From Armatimonadota bacterium (GTDB lineage: Bacteria > Sysuimicrobiota > Sysuimicrobiia > Sysuimicrobiales > Humicultoraceae), in NCBI GenBank assembly GCA_052386995.1, contig JBQTJP010000035.1, positions 1-27,137 on the forward strand: a DNA stretch of 27,137 nucleotides, in the 5' to 3' direction. Shown here piece after piece: positions 1 to 8,345 of the stretch (position 1 is its first letter; each line of letters opens with the position of its first letter). The notes below the pieces were generated by a model. The model had not been told where the DNA came from and did no database searches. It saw only the letters and a list, made by a program, of their open reading frames with translations. Made by a program: the position numbers and the translations under genes.

Positions 1-567
1 GACGCGCATCCCCATGGCCCGGCTGATCCGCGCGACCTGGCGACCGATCGTGCCCAGGCCGATGAGGCCAACCGTCGCCCCGCGGACGTCCCGGCCGCAG
101 TACCGCTCCCACCGGCGCGCCGTCTGACCGCTCACCATGCGGAAGCCGTCCTTCGCGAACCAGAGAATCGCCATCACGACGAAGTCGGCGAGCGGCTTCG
201 CGTGGATGCCCCTGGCGGTCGTGAACGTAATTGGAGTGTGGATCAGGCCGGTGCGAAGGACAAACTGCCCAATGCCGGTGCTGGTGCCCTGGATCCATCG
301 CGCGTTGGGGACAAGATCCTTGAGCGTCTCGACGTTTGTGTGGTCAAAGTCGAACAGCACCTCGGCGTCGGCGAGATAGCGTCGCCATTGCCGCTCTTCC
401 TCAGGGGTTCGCTGCAGCGGATGACCGACGTGATCGCAGAGATATCGCGGGCGAGGGAGCAGCGCCGGCTCGTAGATGACACGGACGCCGCCAACTCGGC
501 GGATCTGCTCGACGTATTCAGGCTCCAAGAATGAGGCAATGAGCACCACGCGCCCGGGATCATCCAC
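1..567 (-). CDS. D-isomer-specific 2-hydroxyacid dehydrogenase, NAD(P)-binding (5' part; runs off the window)
   Basis: Not in the ORF track. Manual translation from GTG at 567 (GAGGG upstream): MDDPGRVVLIASFLEPEY...WIQGTSTGIG...FTTARGIHAKPLADFVVMAILWFAK...WERYCGRDVRGATVGLIGLGTIGRQVARISRAMGMRV, with the GxGxxG Rossmann motif in typical family context. Confidence 0.88.
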   Translation of the reverse strand, partial: MDDPGRVVLIASFLEPEYVEQIRRVGGVRVIYEPALLPRPRYLCDHVGHPLQRTPEEERQWRRYLADAEVLFDFDHTNVETLKDLVPNARWIQGTSTGIGQFVLRTGLIHTPITFTTARGIHAKPLADFVVMAILWFAKDGFRMVSGQTARRWERYCGRDVRGATVGLIGLGTIGRQVARISRAMGMRV

Positions 568-600
568 CTATGCGGCCCTCGAGGCCGACGCGCATCGGTG

Positions 601-1944
601 TCATGCGGGGGCAGTGTCCTGGGCGTCGCCGCAGCCGCAGGCCGGGGCAAAGTCGCAGAATCGCGACAGCCACCCGGGCTGGCAGCTGGGCAGCTCCGAT
701 GGCGGCGCGCCGGCTTCGAGGAGATCAAGGCGCCTCTGCATCTCCGCTTTGATGGCGTCCAGATCTCGAAACCAGATGTCGTACACCATGAACTTGTCAT
801 CGGGGAGAGCCGCGTAGTAGAGGATCAGCCTGCCGCGCTCCGACCCGGCCAGCGCGCATTCGAAGCCGAGCCGCTCGATGTAGTGCGGCGCATCGGCGAC
901 CAGGCGCTCGCGGCGGAACATCTCGCGGCGCTTGCTCACGCGCAGGATCGCCGGCACGTCACGGTGGAGCAGGATCGAGGCGCGCACCGATCCAAACGGC
1001 ACCCGTACGCGACGGCAGGCTCCCGGCGTGCCGTACCAGATGGCGTCCTCAAGGACGTCTGCAAACCCCCGGCGCTCCCTGGACGCCATCACGGACTCGG
1101 CGTCTTCTTCCGGACCCTCGCCCGGCTCGCCCTGCGCCGCCATCCGCGACGCGGCCTTCCGTGGGAAGACCAGGTCGTTCAGCAGAATTCGACGCCGATC
1201 GGCAGGCGGAAGCGCGCCCATGCGCTCCCGCATCAACGCCTCGAGCCCAGGGTTGCCTCGCACGACGACGGCGCCGCCCGACCCCATGCGCGCGAGCGTC
1301 ACCGCGGTCTCGCAGCCGCAGAAGCCTTCGTAGTCGCACCGTCCCCCGGTCCACTCGCAGCGCGGCAAGCCCGCGGGATCGCGGCGCTCCAACGCCTCGC
1401 GCAGGAGATCGCGGCGGCGCAGCATTTCCGCTGTGACGCGGTCCGGAGCCGTCACCTCGAGATCAAAAGCGCGCAGCATCGGCGTGCGGCCGTACTCGGC
1501 ACGCTGGTAGTAGACGAGCTGGCCGGCCGACCGGCCGACCATCACGCAGTACATGGCGATCTGCTCGACGTGGCTCGCGCGGGTGGCGATGATGTCCGAC
1601 GGGAGCGATCCCGTGGTCTTGAGCTCGATGGGCGCCTGCTCGAAGATGTCGATCTTGCCGACGATCCCCTCGTACTCCACCAGCTGTTCGACGAACTCCT
1701 CGGTGGACATCACGCGTTCGAACACGTCATGAAATCCCGTGCCGGCCATCATCGCCTGGAGGCGGCCCGGAGACGTCGCGATGTCGGGCCGCACGCGCTG
1801 GAAGTACGCCTGGCGCGGATTGATCAGATCGGTCACCGAGATCCGCCGGCGGCCGGATCGGCGGGTGATCGCGGCCACCACTTCGTCCTTGATGGACCGG
1901 TTGGCGTCGATACCCCCTGCGTAGGGACCACAAAATGCTGGCAT
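601..1944 (-). CDS. Cas4-like / PD-(D/E)XK nuclease family protein with two tandem domains
   Basis: Domain 1: ISVTDLINPRQAYF, GTGFH, GKID..ELKT, QIAMY, CEWTGGRCDYEGFCGC. Domain 2 repeats the layout (ILLNDLVFPRKA ... CQPGWLSRFCDFAPACGC) without the catalytic residues. Start uncertain (ATG 1944 or GTG 1968). Confidence 0.8.
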   Translation of the reverse strand: MPAFCGPYAGGIDANRSIKDEVVAAITRRSGRRRISVTDLINPRQAYFQRVRPDIATSPGRLQAMMAGTGFHDVFERVMSTEEFVEQLVEYEGIVGKIDIFEQAPIELKTTGSLPSDIIATRASHVEQIAMYCVMVGRSAGQLVYYQRAEYGRTPMLRAFDLEVTAPDRVTAEMLRRRDLLREALERRDPAGLPRCEWTGGRCDYEGFCGCETAVTLARMGSGGAVVVRGNPGLEALMRERMGALPPADRRRILLNDLVFPRKAASRMAAQGEPGEGPEEDAESVMASRERRGFADVLEDAIWYGTPGACRRVRVPFGSVRASILLHRDVPAILRVSKRREMFRRERLVADAPHYIERLGFECALAGSERGRLILYYAALPDDKFMVYDIWFRDLDAIKAEMQRRLDLLEAGAPPSELPSCQPGWLSRFCDFAPACGCGDAQDTAPA

Positions 1945-1997
1945 AATGGGAGATGGTGCGCCGGGCACCCCGGCGCGGGGCAGGCCTGTTTCCTCTC

Positions 1998-2027
1998 AGC
2001 CTACCGGTGGGCCCCTCCGCTTGTCAA
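1998..2027 (-). promoter_or_regulatory. Candidate sigma70-type promoter for the Cas4-like gene
   Basis: Minus strand TTGACA (2027-2022), 18-nt spacer, TAGGCT (2003-1998). Confidence 0.55.
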
Positions 2028-2063
2028 ACACCGCGTGTTTTCCCCCGTCCCCGGCGGGGAAAA
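2026..2063. repeat. Overlapping inverted repeats in the divergent intergenic region
   Basis: AAACAC-cgc-GTGTTT (2026-2040) and TTTTCCCC (2038-2045) / GGGGAAAA (2056-2063). Confidence 0.5.
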
Positions 2064-2084
2064 AGTGATCCGGAGGTGGATGCG

Positions 2085-2228
2085 ATGTTGGCATGGCTGG
2101 AAGCATGGCTCCACACGATCGTGTATGAGTACATCGACAATGAGAGCGGGCAGGATGTCATCGTCTGGCTGATCATTCTCCTGGTGATCTGGCTGATCGT
2201 CTCAGGACGGCGTCTGCTGGTCCAGTAA
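2085..2228 (+). CDS. 47-aa single-TM micropeptide A (prepilin/Flp-like leader)
   Basis: GGAGGTG SD at 2072-2078, ATG at 2085. MLAWLEAWLHTIVYEYIDNESGQDVIVWLIILLVIWLIVSGRRLLVQ. Paralogous to the next ORF. Confidence 0.8.
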   Translation: MLAWLEAWLHTIVYEYIDNESGQDVIVWLIILLVIWLIVSGRRLLVQ

Positions 2229-2299
2229 GCGCGCCGGATCTCCCGACACGCCATGATTTCTGTCTGCGTACTCCTGACATAGAAGGAGGTGAATCGGGC

Positions 2300-2443
2300 A
2301 TGCACATGCTCTTTGAGACCGCGCGTCGCGCGATCGTGCGGCACGTCGGCGACGAGGATGGTCAGGTGGATGCGCTGGTCATCGCCATCTTGATCTTCCT
2401 GTTCATCCTGATCGTCTCGGGCCGCCGCCTGTTCGTGCAGTAA
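2300..2443 (+). CDS. 47-aa single-TM micropeptide B (paralog of A)
   Basis: Not in the ORF track. AAGGAGGTGA SD at 2283-2292, ATG at 2300. MHMLFETARRAIVRHVGDEDGQVDALVIAILIFLFILIVSGRRLFVQ. Confidence 0.82.
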   Translation: MHMLFETARRAIVRHVGDEDGQVDALVIAILIFLFILIVSGRRLFVQ

Positions 2444-2489
2444 GTCAAGCATGCCGCTTGGCCGCTCTCCCTCGTCGTGCAGAAGAGGG

Positions 2490-3617
2490 CTAGTCGATCC
2501 TCTTTTGGAATCGGCGGATGGCCAGGCCGAAGACGATGAGCGCCAGCACGACCAGTGGGACGATCTGGCGCCAGAGAAACGCAAAGCCCACGCCCTTGAT
2601 CAGGATGCCGCGCACGACATTGACGTAGTACGTCAACGGGAGCGCAAGGCCAACCCACTGGAGCACGACCGGCAGCGATTCGCGCGGAAAAAGGAATCCT
2701 GAGATCAAGATGCTCGGCAGCAGCGTGAGCTGCGACAGCTGCAGCGCCTGCTGCAAGTTCTTGGAGACCGTGGAGATCAGTGTCCCAATGCCGAGCGACG
2801 TGAAAAAGAATGCCAGGGTCATCGCGTAGAGCAACAGCAGGCTGCCCTTCACCGCCACCCCGAACCACACCCATGACAGCAGCAGAATGAACGTGAGGTT
2901 GATGTACCCCAGGCCCATGAGCGGGATGATTTTCCCCAGCATCAGCTCGATCGGTTGGATCGGGGTGACGACGAGCTGCTCCAGGGTTCCCATCTCACGC
3001 TCACGTACGATCACGGTGACGCTCAAGAAGGTCGTGGTGAACTGCATGATCACGGCCAGCACGCCCGGGACGATGAACACCTGGGCCTTCAGGTCGGGGT
3101 TGTACCATGCGCGAGTCCTGACATCCACGGGCACGGGTGGAGGACGCTGCCCGCGCCGGTGGATCATCTCGACGTTGAGATCCTGGGAGAGGCGGCTGCC
3201 GATCCCCGATGCCACCGACAGCACAACCTGCGCGCTGGTCGCATCGGAGGCATCGACGACCACCATCACCGCCGTCTGCCGCCCCGAGCGAAGCCGCGTC
3301 GCATAGTCGGGAGGGATGACGACGCCGATCTTCGCCTGGCCGCCGTCCAGTCGCTGCTCGATCTCTTTCATGTTGCGGGCGTTAGTGCGGACGGTAAAGT
3401 ATCGGGTGTTCTCGAATGCCCGGATCAGGGACCGGCTCTCGGCGGTGATGGATTGGTCCCAGACAATGGTCGGTTGGTGCAGCACCTCGTTGGACAGATA
3501 CCCGTAGAGAACGAGTTGAATGATCGGCAGGCTGATCATCGTCCCCAGCGTCCGGCGGTCCCTGAGGATCTGAATAATCTCCTTCCGCATGATGCTCCAC
3601 AGACGCTGCAGGCTCAT
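2490..3617 (-). CDS. ABC-2 type exporter permease (YbhS/YbhR-like)
   Basis: MRKEIIQILRDRRTL, large extracytoplasmic loop, WYNPDL, VREREMGTLEQLVVTP, LISGFLFP, multiple TM segments. Confidence 0.93.
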   Translation of the reverse strand: MSLQRLWSIMRKEIIQILRDRRTLGTMISLPIIQLVLYGYLSNEVLHQPTIVWDQSITAESRSLIRAFENTRYFTVRTNARNMKEIEQRLDGGQAKIGVVIPPDYATRLRSGRQTAVMVVVDASDATSAQVVLSVASGIGSRLSQDLNVEMIHRRGQRPPPVPVDVRTRAWYNPDLKAQVFIVPGVLAVIMQFTTTFLSVTVIVREREMGTLEQLVVTPIQPIELMLGKIIPLMGLGYINLTFILLLSWVWFGVAVKGSLLLLYAMTLAFFFTSLGIGTLISTVSKNLQQALQLSQLTLLPSILISGFLFPRESLPVVLQWVGLALPLTYYVNVVRGILIKGVGFAFLWRQIVPLVVLALIVFGLAIRRFQKRID

Positions 3618-4573
3618 CGCACCCCATCCCCGAGGCGTGGCGCGACAGTCTCCCGCGCCTCCACCAGCGCGACGAAGACATCTTCGAGCGACGGCTCGAT
3701 CGGCTCAACCGACTCCACCGTGAAGCCTTTCGCCACCAGGTCTGCGATCAACGCGGCGGCGACTTCGGCCGATTCCACGGTCGCGTGGATCGTGGCCCCG
3801 TGCAGGGCGGCATCCCGCACCTGGGGATGGTCTTCCACAGCGGCCAGCGCCTCGACGACGGGATGAGCACGGATCTCGAGCACCTGACCGGGCATATGCT
3901 CCCGCTTGATCGCCTTTGGCGTCCCCTGCGCGACGATCCGCCCTTCATAAATGAAGGCCAGCCCGTCACAGTGCTCGGCTTCGTCCATATAGTGCGTGGT
4001 CACCATCGTCGTCGTGCCTTCCGCGGAGAAGCGATCAATCAGATCCCAGAACTCGCGACGCGAGACGGGGTCCACCCCCGCGGTCGGCTCGTCGAGAAAG
4101 AGCATCTGCGGATGGTGCAGAATCGCACAGCCCAATGCCAGACGTTGGCGGAAGCCGCCGGACAGTTCGCGGGCCGGAGCGTGCTGGCGGTCTGCGAGCC
4201 CGGAACGCGCCAGCCATGCGTCGACCTGCATGTGGAACGCGGGGCCGGCCAGGCCGTAGACGCCCGCGTAGAACTCCAGATTGTCCCGCACCGTCAAGTC
4301 GGGATACAGGCTGAATCGCTGCGACATGTAGCCGATGCGGGCCTTGATCTCCTCGGGATGCCGGCGGATGTCGAAGCCCAGCACTTCGGCCGTGCCCTCT
4401 GTGGGGTCGAGGATCCCGCACAGCATCCGGATCGTGGTGGATTTGCCGGAGCCGTTGGGCCCCAGGAAGCCCCAGACTTCACCCGGCCTGATGTCGAACG
4501 ACACATGGTCCACGGCCACGAAATCGCCGAACTTGCGTGTGAGACCCTGGGCGCGGACGGAGAATTGCATCAT
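3614..4573 (-). CDS. ABC transporter ATP-binding protein (like the C-terminal half of YbhF)
   Basis: Walker A GPNGSGKST, signature LSGG, Walker B LFLDEPTAG, TTHYMDEA, C-terminal PSLEDVF. Confidence 0.95.
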   Translation of the reverse strand: MMQFSVRAQGLTRKFGDFVAVDHVSFDIRPGEVWGFLGPNGSGKSTTIRMLCGILDPTEGTAEVLGFDIRRHPEEIKARIGYMSQRFSLYPDLTVRDNLEFYAGVYGLAGPAFHMQVDAWLARSGLADRQHAPARELSGGFRQRLALGCAILHHPQMLFLDEPTAGVDPVSRREFWDLIDRFSAEGTTTMVTTHYMDEAEHCDGLAFIYEGRIVAQGTPKAIKREHMPGQVLEIRAHPVVEALAAVEDHPQVRDAALHGATIHATVESAEVAAALIADLVAKGFTVESVEPIEPSLEDVFVALVEARETVAPRLGDGVR

Positions 4574-5529
4574 GCGCGGCCCGTCTTTGAAACGAAGACG
4601 TCTTCCAGGGACGGCGGAACCCGACGGACGCTGGAGACCCGCACGCCACCCTGGGCGAGCAGCGTTTGTAGAGTCGGCCCCACATCGGCTGATGGCACGA
4701 GCACGTGCAGGCGGTCGCCGAAGACCTCCAGGCTGCGCACCATCGGATGCCCGCGGAGAACGCTCTTCGCGGCTTCCCGCGGCTCGGCGACGACCTCTAC
4801 AATCTCGCCCTCCATCTGCGATTTCAGCGAGGCCGGATCGCCCATCGCGATGATGCGGCCCCGATTCATCAGTCCGACGCGAGAGGCGCGCTCTGCCTCA
4901 TCCATGTACGGGGTGCTGACGAAGATGGCGATCCCCTGCCGGTTGAGACCATACAGGATCCTCCAGAACTGCCGGCGCGATACTGGATCGACACCCGTAC
5001 TCGGCTCGTCCAGGATGAGCAGTTCAGGATCGTGCATGAGCGTGCAGGCCAGTGCCAGCTTCTGCTTCATCCCGCCCGAGAGAACCTGTGCCAGGCGGCC
5101 GCCGAACGGCGACAGGCGGAAGTCGGCCAGGAGACGCTCGGCGCGCCGCGGGAATTCGCCCGGCGGCACGTGGTAGAGGTCGGCATAGAGGCGGAGGTTT
5201 TCCATCGCGGACAGATCGCCGTACAGGCTGAAGCGCTGGGGCATGTAGCCGATGCGGGGTTTGACCGCCTCCGGATCGGCGACGATGTCGCGGCCCGCGA
5301 CCATCGCCTCGCCTGAGTCGGGCGCGAGTGCACCGCAGAGCATCCGGATCAACGTCGTCTTGCCGGCGCCGTCGGGCCCGACGAGGGCGAAGATCTCTCC
5401 CTCACGGACCTCGAGGTCGAGACCGTCGACGGCCACCAGACCCTCGAAGCGCTTGGTCAGCCCTTTGCAACGGATCGCCGTGCCGTTGCGCGTGGCGGCC
5501 GTGACGGCGCCTGCGTGTGCGCTCCGCAT
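4570..5529 (-). CDS. ABC transporter ATP-binding protein (like the N-terminal half of YbhF)
   Basis: GPDGAGKTT, LSGGMKQK, LILDEPSTG, STPYMDEAE, PSLEDVF. Confidence 0.95.
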   Translation of the reverse strand: MRSAHAGAVTAATRNGTAIRCKGLTKRFEGLVAVDGLDLEVREGEIFALVGPDGAGKTTLIRMLCGALAPDSGEAMVAGRDIVADPEAVKPRIGYMPQRFSLYGDLSAMENLRLYADLYHVPPGEFPRRAERLLADFRLSPFGGRLAQVLSGGMKQKLALACTLMHDPELLILDEPSTGVDPVSRRQFWRILYGLNRQGIAIFVSTPYMDEAERASRVGLMNRGRIIAMGDPASLKSQMEGEIVEVVAEPREAAKSVLRGHPMVRSLEVFGDRLHVLVPSADVGPTLQTLLAQGGVRVSSVRRVPPSLEDVFVSKTGRA

Positions 5530-6899
5530 CAGGGCGAAGCGAGCGAGTTGACGAGGATCGCCGCGTCTGCCGGCAAGCCCGGCTTCAGGATCCCGTCGGA
5601 ATTCGGAAGCACCACCTTGACCCCGAAGACGAGTTTGACGCGCGCTTCTTTCGTCTGGACGTTGCCCGGCGTGAACTCTGCACGACTGCTGATCTCCCGC
5701 ACCGTGCCCCGGATCACGCGCTCGGGAAACGCGTCCACGCGCACCTCAGCGACCTGCCCGAGCTTCACCCGGGCCAGGTCGGTCTCGGCGACGAAGATGC
5801 GCAGGTACGGATCGCTCAGGTCGCCGATGGTCATGACCGGCGAGCCGGCCGTGACCAGATCGCCGATCTCGACGTTCCTGGAGAGCACCGTCCCGGCGAT
5901 CGGGGCGCGCAGGACGGCGTTGTTGCGTGAGGTCACGGCCAGATCGAGCGACGCCTGCGCCTGCGCCACCGCGGCTCGAGCGGCGTCGACTTCTCGCGCT
6001 CGCTGGGCCACGAGGCCGGCCGCCGACTGCGCGCCGCGCAACGCCGCCTCGGCCTGATCCACCTGGGCGCGCGAGGCCGCCACGTCGAGCCGACGGATGG
6101 GCACGGTGCGGCGGTTGGCGAGTGCCACGTTCAGCGCGGCCTCGGCGTGCTGCAACGCGGACCCGGCCGCCTCGTCCTGGGAGCGTGTCGCATCCCGTTG
6201 CGCGCGGACTGCGTCGCGTTGGGCGATCGCCGTCGCCAGCGCCGTGCGTGCGATGTCAACCTGCTGCGCGGCCACCGCGCCGTCGCGGAAGAGGGCTTCG
6301 GCACGCGCCGCATCGGCCTGCGCGCGGCTCAGGGCCGCCTCGGCCGCCTGGAGCGTGGCGTCGGCCGCCCGCAGGGCGGCTTGGGCCGCCGTTCTCTGGG
6401 CAGCGGCGGCCTTCACCTGCGCCCGCGCCTGCTCGATCTGGGCGTTCACGGACGCCTGCTGCAATTCGGCCGTCTCGCTCGCCTGCGGAACCCGCGTGCG
6501 GCTGGCGTCCACCGCGGCACGGGCCTGCTGCACCGACGCGGTCGCCTGCGCCTGCTGCACCGAGAGCGCAACCTCAGCCTGCGCCAACCGGGATTGCGCG
6601 ACGGCTACGCCCGCGCGCGCTTGCGCGACCTGGGCGTCTAATTCGTCATGATCGAGCTCGGCGATCACCTGGCCCGGCGTGACACGGTCGCCGTCGCGCA
6701 CGTTGAGCCTCACCACGCGCCCGGCCACCTTGGGCGCGATGTCGACCTGGGTTACCTCGATGGTGCCGGAGCCCTCGATCCGGTCCAGGTCACCGCGGCT
6801 GCGTGGCAGGACGACGTAGAGAGCGATCGCCGCGAGGATCGCGACCGGCACGAGCGCCCGGAGGCGCCTTGAATTGCGTCGTCCCTGCTTCGTGGCCAT
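5529..6899 (-). CDS. HlyD/YbhG-family periplasmic adaptor (membrane fusion protein)
   Basis: N-terminal TM, lipoyl-like halves (VRDGDRVTPGQ; LRAPIAGTV), long Ala/Gln coiled coil, AEFTPGNVQT, LKPGLPAD. GGAGG 8 nt before ATG 6899 (alternative start 6905). Confidence 0.93.
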   Translation of the reverse strand: MATKQGRRNSRRLRALVPVAILAAIALYVVLPRSRGDLDRIEGSGTIEVTQVDIAPKVAGRVVRLNVRDGDRVTPGQVIAELDHDELDAQVAQARAGVAVAQSRLAQAEVALSVQQAQATASVQQARAAVDASRTRVPQASETAELQQASVNAQIEQARAQVKAAAAQRTAAQAALRAADATLQAAEAALSRAQADAARAEALFRDGAVAAQQVDIARTALATAIAQRDAVRAQRDATRSQDEAAGSALQHAEAALNVALANRRTVPIRRLDVAASRAQVDQAEAALRGAQSAAGLVAQRAREVDAARAAVAQAQASLDLAVTSRNNAVLRAPIAGTVLSRNVEIGDLVTAGSPVMTIGDLSDPYLRIFVAETDLARVKLGQVAEVRVDAFPERVIRGTVREISSRAEFTPGNVQTKEARVKLVFGVKVVLPNSDGILKPGLPADAAILVNSLASP

Positions 6900-6941
6900 G
6901 ACCATTCCCTCCGCCCGAGTGCGACGCCGGTGGAGCGGCGT

Positions 6942-8345
6942 CTATTCGACCGGGCCACCCGCGGCGCGCTCGAGCTGCGCACGCGCCACGCTCACAGTGA
7001 ACAGCGCCTGGATGCGGTTCGCTTCTGCCTGGGAGAGCGACGCCTGCGCGGTGACCACTTCGAGGTTCGTCGAGACCCCGGCCGCAAATCGCACGTTTGC
7101 GATCCGCAGTCCTTCCTGAGCCTGCTCGACGGTCTTGTCGGCTGTGGCCAGTTCCTCCACGGCCGAGGCGACGTTGAGCAACGCGCGGCGCACATCCAAC
7201 TCGATACCCTGTCGCAGCTGCGCTTCGACGACACGCAACTGCTCCACCCGCACCTCGGCCTCGCGGATGCGCTCGGCGGTGACGCCTCCGTCGAACAGCG
7301 GCACCGTTGCCGACAGGGTGACGCTCCATCCCGCGGTTGCCGAGGGGCCGCCAGCGGCCCCGCCGGCCGTGTTCCCAAAACTGGGCCCGCCGGAGAGAAT
7401 CAGAGCCGGCCGGCCGTTGGCCCTTGCGATCTCGATCGCGGCGATGGCCGCGGCCACTCGGGCCTGGTGCTCCGCCATCTCGGGACGGCCCTCCAGCGCA
7501 CGGCGGACGAGCGCGACGACCTCCGTGCGCACCGGTATCACGGTCATCGTCTCACGCGGCGCGAGCGCGGTGTCGAGCGGCAGGGCCAGAACGGCGCTCA
7601 GGCCGTGCTGCGCCAGGGCTGCGGAATTGCGTGCCCGGATCAGGCTCTGGCGCGCACTGGCCTGGCTCACCTCGGCCTGCACCTCATCGAAGCGGGGGGA
7701 CACTCCGGCGGCGACGCGTGCGCGGGCCACCCGAAGATTCTCTTCGGCGGAGGCCAGCGTGCGTACCGCGACATCGATCCCGGCCTGCGCGAGGAGCAGT
7801 TGATAGTAGGCTAGCTTGACGTCCAGGACCACTTGCTGTTTCACGCGTTCCAGCGCGGCTTCCGCGCCCCTGAGATTCGCCTGCGCCAGCGCGATTGCGG
7901 ACTCGATCCGACCGCCGGTGAAGACCGGATACTCATAGTTCAGGGCCGCGCTGTAGAGGTTGGGCGTGGGCGGCGGCAGCGGCACCGTAATCGTGGTGGT
8001 AATCCCCGGAATGGTCCCAGGCGGAAAGACGATCGCGCCGCCGTCGCGGTCATTGATCCGCGTATAGGAGGCGGTCAACACGAGCTGTCCGGCCCGGACG
8101 TTTTCGGCCTGGGCGAGCTGCGAGCGCGCGACGGTGACCTCGAAAGCGGCCACCCGCAGGTTCAGGTTGTTCTGCGCGGCGACCGTCAGAGCTTCCGCGA
8201 GCGTGATGGGCCGCTGGGCGGGAGCCCCTTGAGGGGGGACCTGGGCTGCGGCGCCTGGCACCTGTGCCGCGAAGCCCGTGGCGAAGAGGACGCCGGCGCA
8301 GACACCGGCCACCATGCGCGCCACCGCGGTCGGTCGGTTCGTCAC
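6942..8345 (-). CDS. TolC-family outer membrane efflux protein
   Basis: Signal peptide and two OEP repeats (PVFTGG / PLFDGG; RVAAGVS / RFAAGVSTNLEV). Confidence 0.92.
   Translation of the reverse strand: MTNRPTAVARMVAGVCAGVLFATGFAAQVPGAAAQVPPQGAPAQRPITLAEALTVAAQNNLNLRVAAFEVTVARSQLAQAENVRAGQLVLTASYTRINDRDGGAIVFPPGTIPGITTTITVPLPPPTPNLYSAALNYEYPVFTGGRIESAIALAQANLRGAEAALERVKQQVVLDVKLAYYQLLLAQAGIDVAVRTLASAEENLRVARARVAAGVSPRFDEVQAEVSQASARQSLIRARNSAALAQHGLSAVLALPLDTALAPRETMTVIPVRTEVVALVRRALEGRPEMAEHQARVAAAIAAIEIARANGRPALILSGGPSFGNTAGGAAGGPSATAGWSVTLSATVPLFDGGVTAERIREAEVRVEQLRVVEAQLRQGIELDVRRALLNVASAVEELATADKTVEQAQEGLRIANVRFAAGVSTNLEVVTAQASLSQAEANRIQALFTVSVARAQLERAAGGPVE

Noticed and set aside
1953..2084. 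N-terminal extension of the 91-aa ORF
   Set aside because: It runs through the promoter region. The SD and the paralog length both point to ATG 2085.
598..2172. 524-aa plus-strand ORF and the many other long antisense or alternate-frame ORFs in the track
   Set aside because: Shadow ORFs expected at high GC. They have no recognisable motifs and lie opposite or over well-supported genes.
2444..2489. Intrinsic terminator after peptide B (GTCAAGC/GCTTGGC and CCCTC/GAGGG hairpins)
   Set aside because: Short stems without a convincing U-tract; not enough support to call.
1..2500. CRISPR-Cas locus around the Cas4-like gene
   Set aside because: No direct-repeat/spacer array and no cas1, cas2 or other cas genes in the window.
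5900..6650. Repetitive GCC/GCG-rich DNA in the adaptor gene
   Set aside because: Explained by the Ala/Gln coiled-coil coding sequence; not a separate repeat element.
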